From positions 13,663 through 77,662 of the forward strand of contig JAAXVR010000008.1 of assembly GCA_013335405.1 (NCBI GenBank): 64,000 nt of DNA. Reading direction: 5' to 3'. Below, piece by piece: positions 1 through 9,221 of this stretch (position 1 is the first letter of the stretch; the number at the start of each line of letters is the position of its first letter). A program made the position numbers and the translations under genes. The notes beneath the pieces were generated by a model. That model saw nothing but the letters and a program-made list of their open reading frames with translations, made no database searches and was not told the DNA's origin. This stretch comes from Chlorobiaceae bacterium (GTDB taxonomy: Bacteria > Bacteroidota > Chlorobiia > Chlorobiales > Chlorobiaceae).

Positions 1-606
1 GTATTTCGACCTGCCGAATTTCCTTGAATGGTGCCTCACGTCGATTTCTTCCATTTTTGCACCATAGAGCTGGACGAGTACCGGTATGAAGCGGTGCAAC
101 TCGCCATAAAGGCCGAGATTTTTTGCGACATCCTTTTTGAAAACTTTCAGAGTACAGCCATAATCGTGGATATGGACGTCTGTCAGGGTCCTGATGATGG
201 CATTGGCGATTTTGCTCGGAATTTTTCTCAGGAGTATGCCGTCCTGTCTTCCTGACCTTCGGCCTGCTACAACATCGAGATCATTGCCGTACAGATACCG
301 GATCATCAACGGTATGTCTGAAGGGTCGTTCTGCAGGTCGCCGTCCATTGTGGCGATCAGTTCGCCCCGGGCCTGGTCGATTCCGGCAGCCATCGCTGTT
401 GTCTGTCCGTAATTCTTGTTGAGTACGACGAGCTTCATGTTTGCAGGTGCAGCCGACTGTATTGCGGCTACGGTGTTGTCCGTCGAGCCGTCATCGACCA
501 GGATGATTTCATGGTCGATATCTCCGAGGGAAGCTGCAAGGGCCGCAAACAGTGGCGCTATGTTTTCCGCCTCGTTCATGACCGGTATGACGACAGACAG
601 CTTCAT
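1..606 (-). CDS. Family-2 glycosyltransferase (polyprenyl-phosphate sugar transferase type); C-terminus cut by window edge
   Basis: Own minus-strand translation from the ATG at 606-604 gives MKLSVVIPVMNEAENIAPLF...HEIILVDDGSTDNT...ATMDGDLQNDP...RKFGRSKY. These are typical GT2 motifs. It is absent from the ORF track because it runs off position 1 without a stop. Confidence 0.8.
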   Translation of the reverse strand, partial: MKLSVVIPVMNEAENIAPLFAALAASLGDIDHEIILVDDGSTDNTVAAIQSAAPANMKLVVLNKNYGQTTAMAAGIDQARGELIATMDGDLQNDPSDIPLMIRYLYGNDLDVVAGRRSGRQDGILLRKIPSKIANAIIRTLTDVHIHDYGCTLKVFKKDVAKNLGLYGELHRFIPVLVQLYGAKMEEIDVRHHSRKFGRSKY

Positions 607-767
607 GGTTTTCAGGTGCTTCAGTTCAAGATTGTTGCCGGTACGCAACCGGATCTGCTGGAAAGAACCATGTCAGGCAAACCGGCTTTTTCAGGTTTGT
701 CCGTCGTGGTCAGTACGATATTCCCGGCTCGAGGGTCTCGTTTTTCAACAAATGATTGGGAATATAC

Positions 768-819
768 TAAAAAAAAGAAGGGTAACAGGTTTTCCACAAG
801 GCCGTTTTGTACCCTTCTT
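768..819 (-). terminator. Putative rho-independent terminator (large loop)
   Basis: A 10-bp perfect stem, aagaagggta (775-784) / tacccttctt (810-819), has a 25-nt loop. On the minus strand it is followed by a T8 run (A-run 769-776). Confidence 0.35.
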
Positions 820-1047
820 TGTGCGGGTAAAAGAGCGGTTTCCTTCCCGGTTGCTGATGCATACTGCCGGCAGGAGGAGAGAGTCGCAGGTTGACAGGCA
901 GGGAGAGAACCGCTCCGGATACGATCAGTTTCGTCTCCCGGGCTTATTCGAGCGCGAACGGTGCTCTGCCGTAATCCGGACAGGTATACCGCTTCCGGCT
1001 GAAGGTGCCGTCGGTTGCTCAGAAGCCGTCCGGAAAGTCTGGCTGTT

Positions 1048-1701
1048 TCAGATTTGAGTCAGCGCCTGTTCATCGGGTTTATCCCTGAAATAAAGGGTGT
1101 GGAGCAGGATGCAGGTGCCGAGTCCGAGGAAGGAGCCTGCAATGACATCGCTGACATAATGTTTCCCTACAGCGATGCGGCTGAACGCAATCAGTGTCGC
1201 GGCGAAGAAAAATAAAATCCTGAACCTTGGAAAAAGAATGGAAAATACCGCGGCAGCGCTGAACGCAGTTGCGGAATGGCCGGAAGGAAAAGAGTTCCAT
1301 GCGTTGTCCCAGCCATGCATCAGCGGAAAGATTCTGAACCCGTAAAGCCCTCCGTCAAGGAAGATTCCCGGCCTCGCCCTGGGCAGCAGGTATTTCAGCA
1401 GGTCGGCTGCAAGCCCCGATACTGCTACGGCGCTGAAAACAAAGAGGCTGGCGCGTGATACCGAAGGTTTCTGCTTTCTGAAAACAAGGAAAGCGAGAAA
1501 TCCAGGGACAAGATACCATTCCGATTGCCCGAACCGGGTCAGCAGTTTGAAAATCACTTTCGATTCAGGGTTTTGATGCCCTTGTATCCATAGCGCGATC
1601 GGTATATCGGCAACGAAGAAGCTGACGGTGCAGACGATAAAAACAGCGATCGAGGCTGTTGTCCAACGGAAAGGCTGGTTCATGTCGAGAATCTGAAACA
1701 C
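1048..1701 (-). CDS. PAP2-family lipid phosphate phosphatase (membrane)
   Basis: PAP2 signature motifs KYLLPRARP, PSGHSATAF and SRIAVGKHYVSDVIAG, with multiple hydrophobic segments. Confidence 0.8.
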   Translation of the reverse strand: MFQILDMNQPFRWTTASIAVFIVCTVSFFVADIPIALWIQGHQNPESKVIFKLLTRFGQSEWYLVPGFLAFLVFRKQKPSVSRASLFVFSAVAVSGLAADLLKYLLPRARPGIFLDGGLYGFRIFPLMHGWDNAWNSFPSGHSATAFSAAAVFSILFPRFRILFFFAATLIAFSRIAVGKHYVSDVIAGSFLGLGTCILLHTLYFRDKPDEQALTQI

Positions 1702-1799
1702 GGGTTTTCAGGTGATGATCCTGTTACATTATGTGCATCGATTGCATTAATTTACAATCGCCGCGCCAATGGGCGCAGCATGAATGCAGAATAACCAAA

Positions 1800-2678
1800 A
1801 TGAAGCGGACCATGCAAGGTGAAAACCTCTCCGATTTTATTCTTTTACTCTCCTGTCCGGATCGTCCGGGGCTGGTTTCAATAATTTCCGGGTTCATTTA
1901 TGAGCGCAGCGGCAATATTCTCGATCTCGACGAGCATGTAGATCCTGTCGGAAAAACATTTTTCATCAGGGTTGCATGGAACTTTCCTTCAGGGGCCTTT
2001 CCTCTTGCCGAAATCGAGGATGCTTTCCGGCCGCTTGCTGACGATTTCGGTGCTTCGTGGATACTCAGGCATTCGGGCAGCAGGACAAGAATCGCGGTTT
2101 TTGTTTCCCGTTACGACCACTGTCTGCAGGAGATATTGTGGAGGAACAGCACTGGTGAGTTTCCGATAGAAATCGCTCTTATCGTTTCCAACCATGCCGA
2201 CCTCTCACTGCTCGCCGAGCGTTATGGTATCCCGTATTATTTTTTCCCCGTTACCCCGGGGAACAAGCATGATGTGGAACTGAAACAGCTGGAGCTTCTC
2301 GCTGAAAACCGTATCGGCACGATTGTTCTGGCTCGCTACATGCAGATACTTTCACCACGTTTTGTCGCATTGTACCCTTCGAGGATAATCAATATCCATC
2401 ACTCCTTTCTTCCCGCTTTTGTCGGAGGGAATCCCTACAGGCAGGCATATGAACGGGGGGTGAAAATCATAGGGGCGACAAGTCATTATGTGACCGAAGA
2501 TCTTGACCAGGGACCGATCATCGAACAGGATATCATACGGGTAAGTCATAAGGATACGCTCGATGACCTCATCCGAAAAGGGCGTGACCTGGAGCGGCTC
2601 GTTCTTGCAAAGGCCCTTCGGCTTCATGCGAACCATCGTATCCTCGTCAACGGAAAAAAGACAGTGGTGTTCGACTGA
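1800..2678 (+). CDS. purU: Formyltetrahydrofolate deformylase
   Basis: N-terminal ACT-like segment (ILLLSCPDRPGLVSIISGFI) followed by a formyltransferase core (INIHHSFLPAFVGGNPYRQAYERGVKIIGATSHYVTEDLDQGPIIEQD). The start was moved to ATG 1800 (MKRTMQGEN); the 5' extension in the ORF track looks non-coding. Confidence 0.85.
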   Translation: MKRTMQGENLSDFILLLSCPDRPGLVSIISGFIYERSGNILDLDEHVDPVGKTFFIRVAWNFPSGAFPLAEIEDAFRPLADDFGASWILRHSGSRTRIAVFVSRYDHCLQEILWRNSTGEFPIEIALIVSNHADLSLLAERYGIPYYFFPVTPGNKHDVELKQLELLAENRIGTIVLARYMQILSPRFVALYPSRIINIHHSFLPAFVGGNPYRQAYERGVKIIGATSHYVTEDLDQGPIIEQDIIRVSHKDTLDDLIRKGRDLERLVLAKALRLHANHRILVNGKKTVVFD

Positions 2679-2828
2679 ACGTTTGCCCGGATGGTCGGAT
2701 CTGCGCTGTTCCGGGCAAGGAAAATGCCTGCCGTGCATTTTTTTACCGGAATTTATTGTTCGGCAGTTAGGCAGGGGCATTTTTGCCCCGAAAAAGTATG
2801 TTATTCAAACAAAAGAACGAAAACGGAC

Positions 2829-3350
2829 ATGAAAAGACTATTCCTGCTTTTTTTTGTAATTCTTGCCGGGTGTACCGGTGTTCCGGAGGGGCTGACCGTC
2901 GTCGACGGTTTTTCCCTTGATCGCTACCTCGGAACCTGGCATGAAATTGTCCGTCTGGACAACCGTTTCGAAAAAGAGCTCGAGCCGGTTTCCGCCACGT
3001 ATTCGCTCTCTGCAGACGGCAGCGTGAACGTCGTCAACAGGGGGTATGACACGAAGAACAAGAAGTGGAAAAACATCGAGGGTCGAGCTGTTTTCAACGA
3101 TGACAGACACCCCGACAAAGGTGCGCTGAAAGTCTCGTTTTTCGGGCCATTCTATGCGAGCTACAATGTCATAGCGCTTGACAGGGCCGGATACGGCTGG
3201 GCGATGGTATGCGGCCGTGACAAATCGTATTTCTGGATTCTTTCCAAATCTCCTGATATGGATCCGGTGCTTCTCGGTGAACTTGTCGCAAAAGCAGCAT
3301 CGCTCGGGTTCGATACAACGAAGTTCCGTTATGTCAGGACGCATCTTTAG
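2829..3350 (+). CDS. blc: Outer-membrane lipocalin lipoprotein (Blc family)
   Basis: MKRLFLLFFVILAGC carries a lipobox (LAGC). This is followed by the lipocalin motif DRYLGTWHEIVRLDNRFEK. Start taken at ATG 2829. Confidence 0.8.
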   Translation: MKRLFLLFFVILAGCTGVPEGLTVVDGFSLDRYLGTWHEIVRLDNRFEKELEPVSATYSLSADGSVNVVNRGYDTKNKKWKNIEGRAVFNDDRHPDKGALKVSFFGPFYASYNVIALDRAGYGWAMVCGRDKSYFWILSKSPDMDPVLLGELVAKAASLGFDTTKFRYVRTHL

Positions 3351-3597
3351 ACTTGTTTTCCTGTAATTCCGCACTCCATAGACGGCAGATGAAGTTGCTG
3401 GTTTTACAAAACCGGGAAGATTAGTATGTTTCCCATGCTACGGCATTGTCTCCTCCTGCCGGCATGAGTGCCGCAAAAGCAGGTCGGGGAAGCACCACAG
3501 GCAGATCACCATATTCTCCGGTATTTTACCTGTGCTGTTATGAAATTCTTTATATCAGAAAAGACAACCCGGAAACCATTCACAAGGAGCTGAAACC

Positions 3598-3843
3598 ATG
3601 TTCGGATTAGGCGGGCAGGAACTGCTGCTGATTCTTTTCGTCATCCTTATTTTTTTCGGTCCCTCGAAGCTGCCCGATCTGGCAAGGGGTCTCGGAAGAG
3701 GTATGAGAGAGTTCAAGAAAGCCCAGGCAGATATTGAAAATGAGTTCCACAAGGCGGTGGAAAGCGCCGATGCAAAGGAAAAAACGGTCGATCCGCTGAT
3801 GGCGAAACATAGCGGCGGCGACGCTGTTTCAGAAAAGTCCTGA
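3598..3843 (+). CDS. tatA: Twin-arginine translocase subunit TatA/E
   Basis: MFGLGGQELLLILFVILIFFGPSKLPDLARGLGRGMREFKKA is the canonical TatA N-terminus. An AAGGAG RBS lies upstream. Confidence 0.85.
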   Translation: MFGLGGQELLLILFVILIFFGPSKLPDLARGLGRGMREFKKAQADIENEFHKAVESADAKEKTVDPLMAKHSGGDAVSEKS

Positions 3844-3922
3844 ATCCGGGTCAATAACCTCCGGGTTCTCAGCGGGATTTTTCAGGCACATTCAATTTTC
3901 ATCACAGGGTTCACTCTGAAAC

Positions 3923-4708
3923 ATGCAGTATACCGTAGTCATCACAGGAAGCAGCAGGGGAATAGGGTTCGGTCTCGCAAAGCGTTTTCTCGAACGGCAG
4001 TGCAATGTCGTCATCAACGGCAGTAATCCGGAAAGCACCGGAAGAGCGGTTGAGCAGCTTGCAGGTTTCGGAGCGCTTGTTGCCGGCGTTTCTGCTGATG
4101 CAGCCACTCGGGAGGGTATCTTGTTCCTCTGTGAAGAAGCCCGCAGGCATTTCGGAAGGATCGACATCTGGATAAACAACGCGGGCATCAGCCATGACAA
4201 GCGTAATGTCTGGGAACTGAAGCATGGTGAAATCGAACGGGTGATCGATACCAACATACGCGGTGCAATCTACGGGACCATTCTTCCTTTCCGTGAGATG
4301 CAGAAACAGGGGGGCGGCAGGATTTTCAACATGGAGGGGCTCGGCAGCGACGGGTTCATGCTCGACGGTCTGACGGTTTACGGTACATCGAAAAGTGCGC
4401 TCACCTACTTTACCCGGTCGTTCGCCCATGAAGCCCGTGAAAGCCGAGTTCAGGTGGGAACAATAAGCCCCGGCATGGTCGTGACCGACATGCTGCTCAG
4501 GACAGTGAACGACGGTTCGCCTGAAAGCATGAAAAACAGGAAATTCTTCAACATCGTAGCCGACGATGTTGAAACGGTATCGGCTTTTCTCTGTGAACGG
4601 ATGCTTTCGTCGAATGCACGATCCCCGCGTATCCGCTGGCTTACCAAATCGAAAATGATCGGCAGGTTTCTGTTGTCACCGTTCAGGAAGAGGGACTTCT
4701 TTTCCTGA
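3923..4708 (+). CDS. Classical short-chain dehydrogenase/reductase, chlorophyll b reductase (NYC1/NOL)-like by eye
   Basis: Generic SDR motifs: TGSSRGIG (cofactor binding), NNAG and YGTSK (catalytic). The C-terminal half (GGRIFNMEGLGSDG, ISPGMVVTDMLL, KFFNIVADDVETVSAFL) resembles CBR-type SDRs from memory. Confidence 0.8.
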   Translation: MQYTVVITGSSRGIGFGLAKRFLERQCNVVINGSNPESTGRAVEQLAGFGALVAGVSADAATREGILFLCEEARRHFGRIDIWINNAGISHDKRNVWELKHGEIERVIDTNIRGAIYGTILPFREMQKQGGGRIFNMEGLGSDGFMLDGLTVYGTSKSALTYFTRSFAHEARESRVQVGTISPGMVVTDMLLRTVNDGSPESMKNRKFFNIVADDVETVSAFLCERMLSSNARSPRIRWLTKSKMIGRFLLSPFRKRDFFS

Positions 4709-4721
4709 ACGCCGCCTGCCT

Positions 4722-5930
4722 TCAGATCGGAAGCCCGTATTCCGAAAGAATCTCGGGGACATGGCGGGGTACAAGTGTTTCGAGCATGTCGGGAAATCGG
4801 AATTTTACGTAATAGTAGTGCCTGATGAGGTGATAGTCCACCGAATAATGGGCGAACCCGATGCCTTTGGGCCCGGAAAGTCGGAGCATGGCGGCCATGA
4901 GCTGACCGAGCCACACGGGGATTTTTCTTTTTTTCGAGTATTCCCGGTCGATCGCCTGCATGTTTTCCATAATGCCTTTCGATGCTTTCAGGACGAATTT
5001 ACGGCATTCCCACTCTCCGGTTTCAGGGCACCTTGCCAGTTCTTCCTTTAAGAGTTCGATCAGCATCTTTCCTTTCGGGGTCCTGACAAGTACCCATTGC
5101 ATTTTTTCTCCCTCGATCAATTCCGCGCCTAAATATCCGATCGTAATATCGGAGAGACTGTTGAGATAGTCGAAACAGCTCATGCAGGATTCAGGGAAAA
5201 TGCCTGGATTGCCAAGTTCCTGCGGGAGGCTGAAGAAGGGGACTTTCTCCACGGAACCGTCGGCATGGCCGATATGGATCAGGAAATCCTGCATGAACTC
5301 CATATACCGGGCCGTTTCGGGGGAACGGGACATCCTTTCGAGGATCCATCGCCAGTTTGCGCGGGCGACATTGTCGACACAGGGAATGCCTATGGTGAAT
5401 ATTTCCATCTCCCGGAGGTAATCGAAGCGCTCCTGGAAATCCCTCAGCGCATGCATGTGACATGCCGCCCCGATGACCAGTATTTTTTTCATTCCCCGCT
5501 GCCAGGCTGTTTCCAGAGAGCGAAGGACAGGCGAAAGCACCGGTTTGTTGCCCCTGGTCCTGTAGATTTCATCCCGGTTGTCCGCAAGCACGGGGATCGA
5601 GAAAAAATGTTCGTCAGGCGAACGCCGCAGAGAGACCACTCCCTCGACAATGTTTTCTTCAAAAGCCCTTACCGCCATCCTGGTGATGATGCCGCTCCAC
5701 TGCGAGCCTTCGAGGGGTTTTTTCAATTGTGCGGTGAACCGCTCCGTCGTGATGCCGAATCGCATTTCGAAAGGATCGTCAAGGCTTCGTTCCCTGCCGA
5801 AAAGCTTTTTTTCGCGTTCGCCGAGCCAGCCGTTCCTGAAAACGCAACTCAGAACACTCTTTTCCGCTGGCCACTCCCTGACAGAGCAAAGCCCGCAGGA
5901 GCTGCACAATTTGTTTCCTGTAGAAGGCAT
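4722..5930 (-). CDS. bciB: FrhB-family Fe-S flavoprotein, BciB (ferredoxin-dependent 8-vinyl reductase) / 7-hydroxymethyl-chlorophyll reductase family
   Basis: [64 protein letters not shown] and [15 protein letters not shown] match the BciB/HCAR family along the full 402 aa. Confidence 0.75.
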   Translation of the reverse strand: MPSTGNKLCSSCGLCSVREWPAEKSVLSCVFRNGWLGEREKKLFGRERSLDDPFEMRFGITTERFTAQLKKPLEGSQWSGIITRMAVRAFEENIVEGVVSLRRSPDEHFFSIPVLADNRDEIYRTRGNKPVLSPVLRSLETAWQRGMKKILVIGAACHMHALRDFQERFDYLREMEIFTIGIPCVDNVARANWRWILERMSRSPETARYMEFMQDFLIHIGHADGSVEKVPFFSLPQELGNPGIFPESCMSCFDYLNSLSDITIGYLGAELIEGEKMQWVLVRTPKGKMLIELLKEELARCPETGEWECRKFVLKASKGIMENMQAIDREYSKKRKIPVWLGQLMAAMLRLSGPKGIGFAHYSVDYHLIRHYYYVKFRFPDMLETLVPRHVPEILSEYGLPI

Positions 5931-5982
5931 TGCATCGAGGTTGAAGTGATTATGCCGGAAACGTCCCTGTAACCATTAAAAT

Positions 5983-6027
5983 CGTCATTCACTTCCTGAT
6001 TTTCAAATCCCGGCAACCTGAATGACG
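5983..6027. promoter_or_regulatory. Perfect 9-bp inverted repeat in the divergent bciB / sensor-kinase control region
   Basis: cgtcattca (5983-5991) and tgaatgacg (6019-6027) are separated by 27 nt. The repeat lies 53-97 nt upstream of the bciB start. Confidence 0.3.
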
Positions 6028-6258
6028 AAAGGAGGCATTGCGGACTGGCTGCGGGGAGGAAATCCTTAATGAAATCAATCGTTAAGCGTTATATTTAAGT
6101 TTAGTTAAGGATAATTCCGGCCTTTCTTTCCGGCAAAAGGGCATCGATCCCTGTTCAGGATCTGCGGGAAGTACTCCTGAACGCACTTTTTGCCGTGGTG
6201 AGCTGGTCATATCTGGCCGATACGCTCACGTTTCATTTCACTTGCCTTCAAGGCCGGG

Positions 6259-9150
6259 TTGTCAATCGGGATTATCCGGAACTGTAACAGGAAAAAGACC
6301 ATGCGGGAAGAAGTGGAGCTCACCAATACCTCGGCCTCAAGGCCGCAAACAGAAGAGGCGTTCCGTCCATTCGCACTGTTCGATATTTTTCCTGACAAAG
6401 TGTTCATGATAAACCCTCAAGGTGTCATTCTCGAGTGTAATGCCGTATTTGCCGCGTATATGTCCAGGAGCCCCGAAGATTGCTTGGGTCTTGATGTTTT
6501 CGAGTTTATCGCCAAAGAGCTCGGGCTTCCCGATGTGGCCGACATCAGGCGAAAAAAGGCCGAAGAGGTATTCCGGACAGGCTGCCGACTGATTTTCGAC
6601 GACGAGCACGACAGCAGGGTTTTCCGTTCCACCGTTTACCCTGTCCCTTCACCTGAAGGCACCATCACGAAACTGCTGATCATCGAACAGGATATCACCG
6701 AAAACAGGCGCGCCGAAAAAGAGGCGGAGCATGGATGGCTGTTTATCCAGGCTATCATCGATGCTACTCCAGGGACCTTCTGCCTCCTCGATACGAAAGG
6801 CCGCATCCTTGCTTTGAATCCGTATCTTTGCGAACAGATCGTAGGAAAGCTTCCCGGCGAGATGACCGGCGCCAATTCAATGGAACTCGTTCATGCCGAG
6901 GACAGAAAGAAACTTGGTCACTCCATGAAGAACGTTCTCGAACGAGGATCCGAGGAATCTGCCGAAGTGAGGATACTGATCAGAGGCGGACCGGAATTCC
7001 GGTGGTTCCTTCTGAAAAGCAGGCGTATCGTTATCGAGCAGAATCACATGCTGATTGTCATCGGAACCGATATCCAGGACCGGAAACAGGCGGAACAGGC
7101 CCTGGCCTTGAGCGAGCAGAAGTTCAGGTCCATCACTGAACAGCTCGACGGCATGGTTTTCATTCTCGATTCCAGTGGAATCATAACCTATATCTCTCCG
7201 GCTTCCGAAAGGATATCAGGTTTCAAGCCCGATGAGATGACAGGCCATTCTTTTACCGGATTTATCCATTTCGAAGACAGACAGCAGGCAGCAGAGAGAT
7301 TTTTCGATATGCTGACAAAAGATGACGCTTCCGGCAAAAGGGAGTCTGTCGTCAGGTGCCGCAGGAAAAACGGATCCTGTTTCTGGGGTGAAATCAAAAT
7401 GAAGCTGTACCAGGGCGAAGGCTTTTGCGGTATGATCGGTCTTCTCTTCGACATTACCACCCGAATGCGACATGAGTCGCTCAGGGCATTCCGTTTTCGT
7501 GTCCTGCAGCTGACCGAATCCCATTCCATGGAAGAGCTGCTCAGGGTTATCGTGGACGAAGCGGAGAAGAACACCGAAAGCAGGATCGGTTTTTTTCATT
7601 GCCTCGGGGACGAGTCAGGCCCGGATTCGTTGCAGGTTGCATCGACCAGCGTCAGAACGAATATGAAATGGGGGGGAGAGAGCGACGATCCACATCCATC
7701 TCTCCTCGATGCGCATTTCTGGGTCGATGCGCTGAAGGTCGGGGGTCCGGTGATCAACAACAGCTTCAGGCAGTCGCCTGACCCCGGGAATGCCTGGCCC
7801 GATGGCCATCCCGATATCATCCGTACCCTTGTCGTCCCGATACTGCAGCGAGATAGAATAGTTGCGTTGATCGGGGTCGGCAAAAAGCCGGAGGATTACG
7901 ATGAAGACGATGTACAATGGGTCACATCCCTTGGTGATATCGCCTGGGATATCGTTGCCCGCAAATTCGCGGAGCAATCGAAACACGAGATGCAGGCATT
8001 GCTGATCCAGTCCCAGAAAATGGAGCTCATCGGTCAGCTTGCTGGTGGTATTGCCCATGATTTCAACAACATGCTCGGCGTGATACTCGGCAATATCGAA
8101 ATGGCGTTGACTCTGCACCCTTTGAGTGGAATGATGCAGAAAAATCTCATGAACATCCTCAGTGCGGTGAACCGTTCTTCCGACCTGACGACACAGCTTC
8201 TTGCATTTGCAAGGGAACAGGCCGTCATGCCTATTGTTGTCGAGCTGAACATCATGGTTGAAAACCTGCTTGTCATGCTGAGGAGAATAATCGGTGAAAA
8301 TATCACGATCGTATGGATTCCCGACAGCCATCGTTCCCTCATCAGGGTCGATCCGGCGCAGATCGACCAGATACTGGTCAATCTCTGCGTCAATGCGCGC
8401 AACGCCATTACCGGAACCGGCACCATTACGATTGAAACCGGATGCTGGCAGTGCCTGAAAAAATCGGATGTACCGTTCCAGTCTTCAAAAATTCCGGGCG
8501 ATTACATTACCCTGACGGTGACCGATACCGGGTGTGGCATCGACCGGGAACATCTGCCCCACATTTTTGAGCCTTTTTTCACGATAAACAAGCAGGGCAA
8601 GGGAGTCGGCCTCGGTCTTGCGACGGTATACGGCATCGTGAGACAGAACAACGGTTATATCGATTGCCAGAGCGAACCGGGCAAAGGAACAACCTTCATC
8701 ATTCATTTTCCCCGCCACAGCGGCAGTTATTTCGGGCCCGACCTTCAGGAAGAGCCGTCTGTAAGGGAGGCAGACGAAAAGGTAACCGTGCTTCTTGTGG
8801 AAGACGAACCCGATATCCTCAATCTCTGCAAACTGGAACTCGAAAAAAACGGTTATACCGTGCTTTCCGCATCGACCCCGTTCGAAGCTCTCTCGATTGC
8901 CGCTAATTTTCCAGACAGGATCGCCCTGCTTCTGACCGACGTCGTGATGCCGCAGATGAACGGGTGCGATCTTGCGAAAAAACTGCTTCTCGACATCCCT
9001 CATCTGAAAACGCTGTTCATGTCAGGTTATACGCCCGAGGTCATCGATTATCCGGACATGTTCGACAGAAAAACAAATTATATTCAGAAACCATTTACCC
9101 TTAAAGCGCTCGTGACAGCGGTGCGCAAGCTTCTCAACTCCGGGGCATGA
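6259..9150 (+). CDS. Hybrid sensor histidine kinase (PAS x3, GAF, HisKA, HATPase, receiver)
   Basis: HisKA H-box GGIAHDFNNML; HATPase G-boxes DTGCGI and GVGLGLATVYGIVRQNNGYI; C-terminal receiver VLLVEDEPDI...TDVVMPQMNG. The true start may be ATG 6301. Confidence 0.85.
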   Translation: MSIGIIRNCNRKKTMREEVELTNTSASRPQTEEAFRPFALFDIFPDKVFMINPQGVILECNAVFAAYMSRSPEDCLGLDVFEFIAKELGLPDVADIRRKKAEEVFRTGCRLIFDDEHDSRVFRSTVYPVPSPEGTITKLLIIEQDITENRRAEKEAEHGWLFIQAIIDATPGTFCLLDTKGRILALNPYLCEQIVGKLPGEMTGANSMELVHAEDRKKLGHSMKNVLERGSEESAEVRILIRGGPEFRWFLLKSRRIVIEQNHMLIVIGTDIQDRKQAEQALALSEQKFRSITEQLDGMVFILDSSGIITYISPASERISGFKPDEMTGHSFTGFIHFEDRQQAAERFFDMLTKDDASGKRESVVRCRRKNGSCFWGEIKMKLYQGEGFCGMIGLLFDITTRMRHESLRAFRFRVLQLTESHSMEELLRVIVDEAEKNTESRIGFFHCLGDESGPDSLQVASTSVRTNMKWGGESDDPHPSLLDAHFWVDALKVGGPVINNSFRQSPDPGNAWPDGHPDIIRTLVVPILQRDRIVALIGVGKKPEDYDEDDVQWVTSLGDIAWDIVARKFAEQSKHEMQALLIQSQKMELIGQLAGGIAHDFNNMLGVILGNIEMALTLHPLSGMMQKNLMNILSAVNRSSDLTTQLLAFAREQAVMPIVVELNIMVENLLVMLRRIIGENITIVWIPDSHRSLIRVDPAQIDQILVNLCVNARNAITGTGTITIETGCWQCLKKSDVPFQSSKIPGDYITLTVTDTGCGIDREHLPHIFEPFFTINKQGKGVGLGLATVYGIVRQNNGYIDCQSEPGKGTTFIIHFPRHSGSYFGPDLQEEPSVREADEKVTVLLVEDEPDILNLCKLELEKNGYTVLSASTPFEALSIAANFPDRIALLLTDVVMPQMNGCDLAKKLLLDIPHLKTLFMSGYTPEVIDYPDMFDRKTNYIQKPFTLKALVTAVRKLLNSGA

Positions 9151-9221
9151 GCTTGTTGCCCCTGGGCAATGCAGCTTCAATCTTCCGGGTTTACCTCGTA
9201 ACACCTGTAACTCTGATTTTC

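Noticed and set aside
416-1057. 213-aa and 127-aa plus-strand ORFs (416..1057 and 511..894).
   Set aside because: Their 5' parts are antisense to the well-supported GT2 gene and the rest crosses the spacer. The translations have no motifs. The region is better explained by the minus-strand GT2 gene plus a spacer.
1731-1799. N-terminal extensions suggested by the ORF track for purU. The same applies to blc (2691), hypA (40700), hypE (45597), tatD (29656), ccoS (17235), ccoN (24349), the porin (38497) and the exported cco-operon ORF (20027).
   Set aside because: In each case the family-typical N-terminus, signal peptide, RBS or operon overlap (ATGA) supports a downstream start. The extensions overlap neighbouring genes or spacers.
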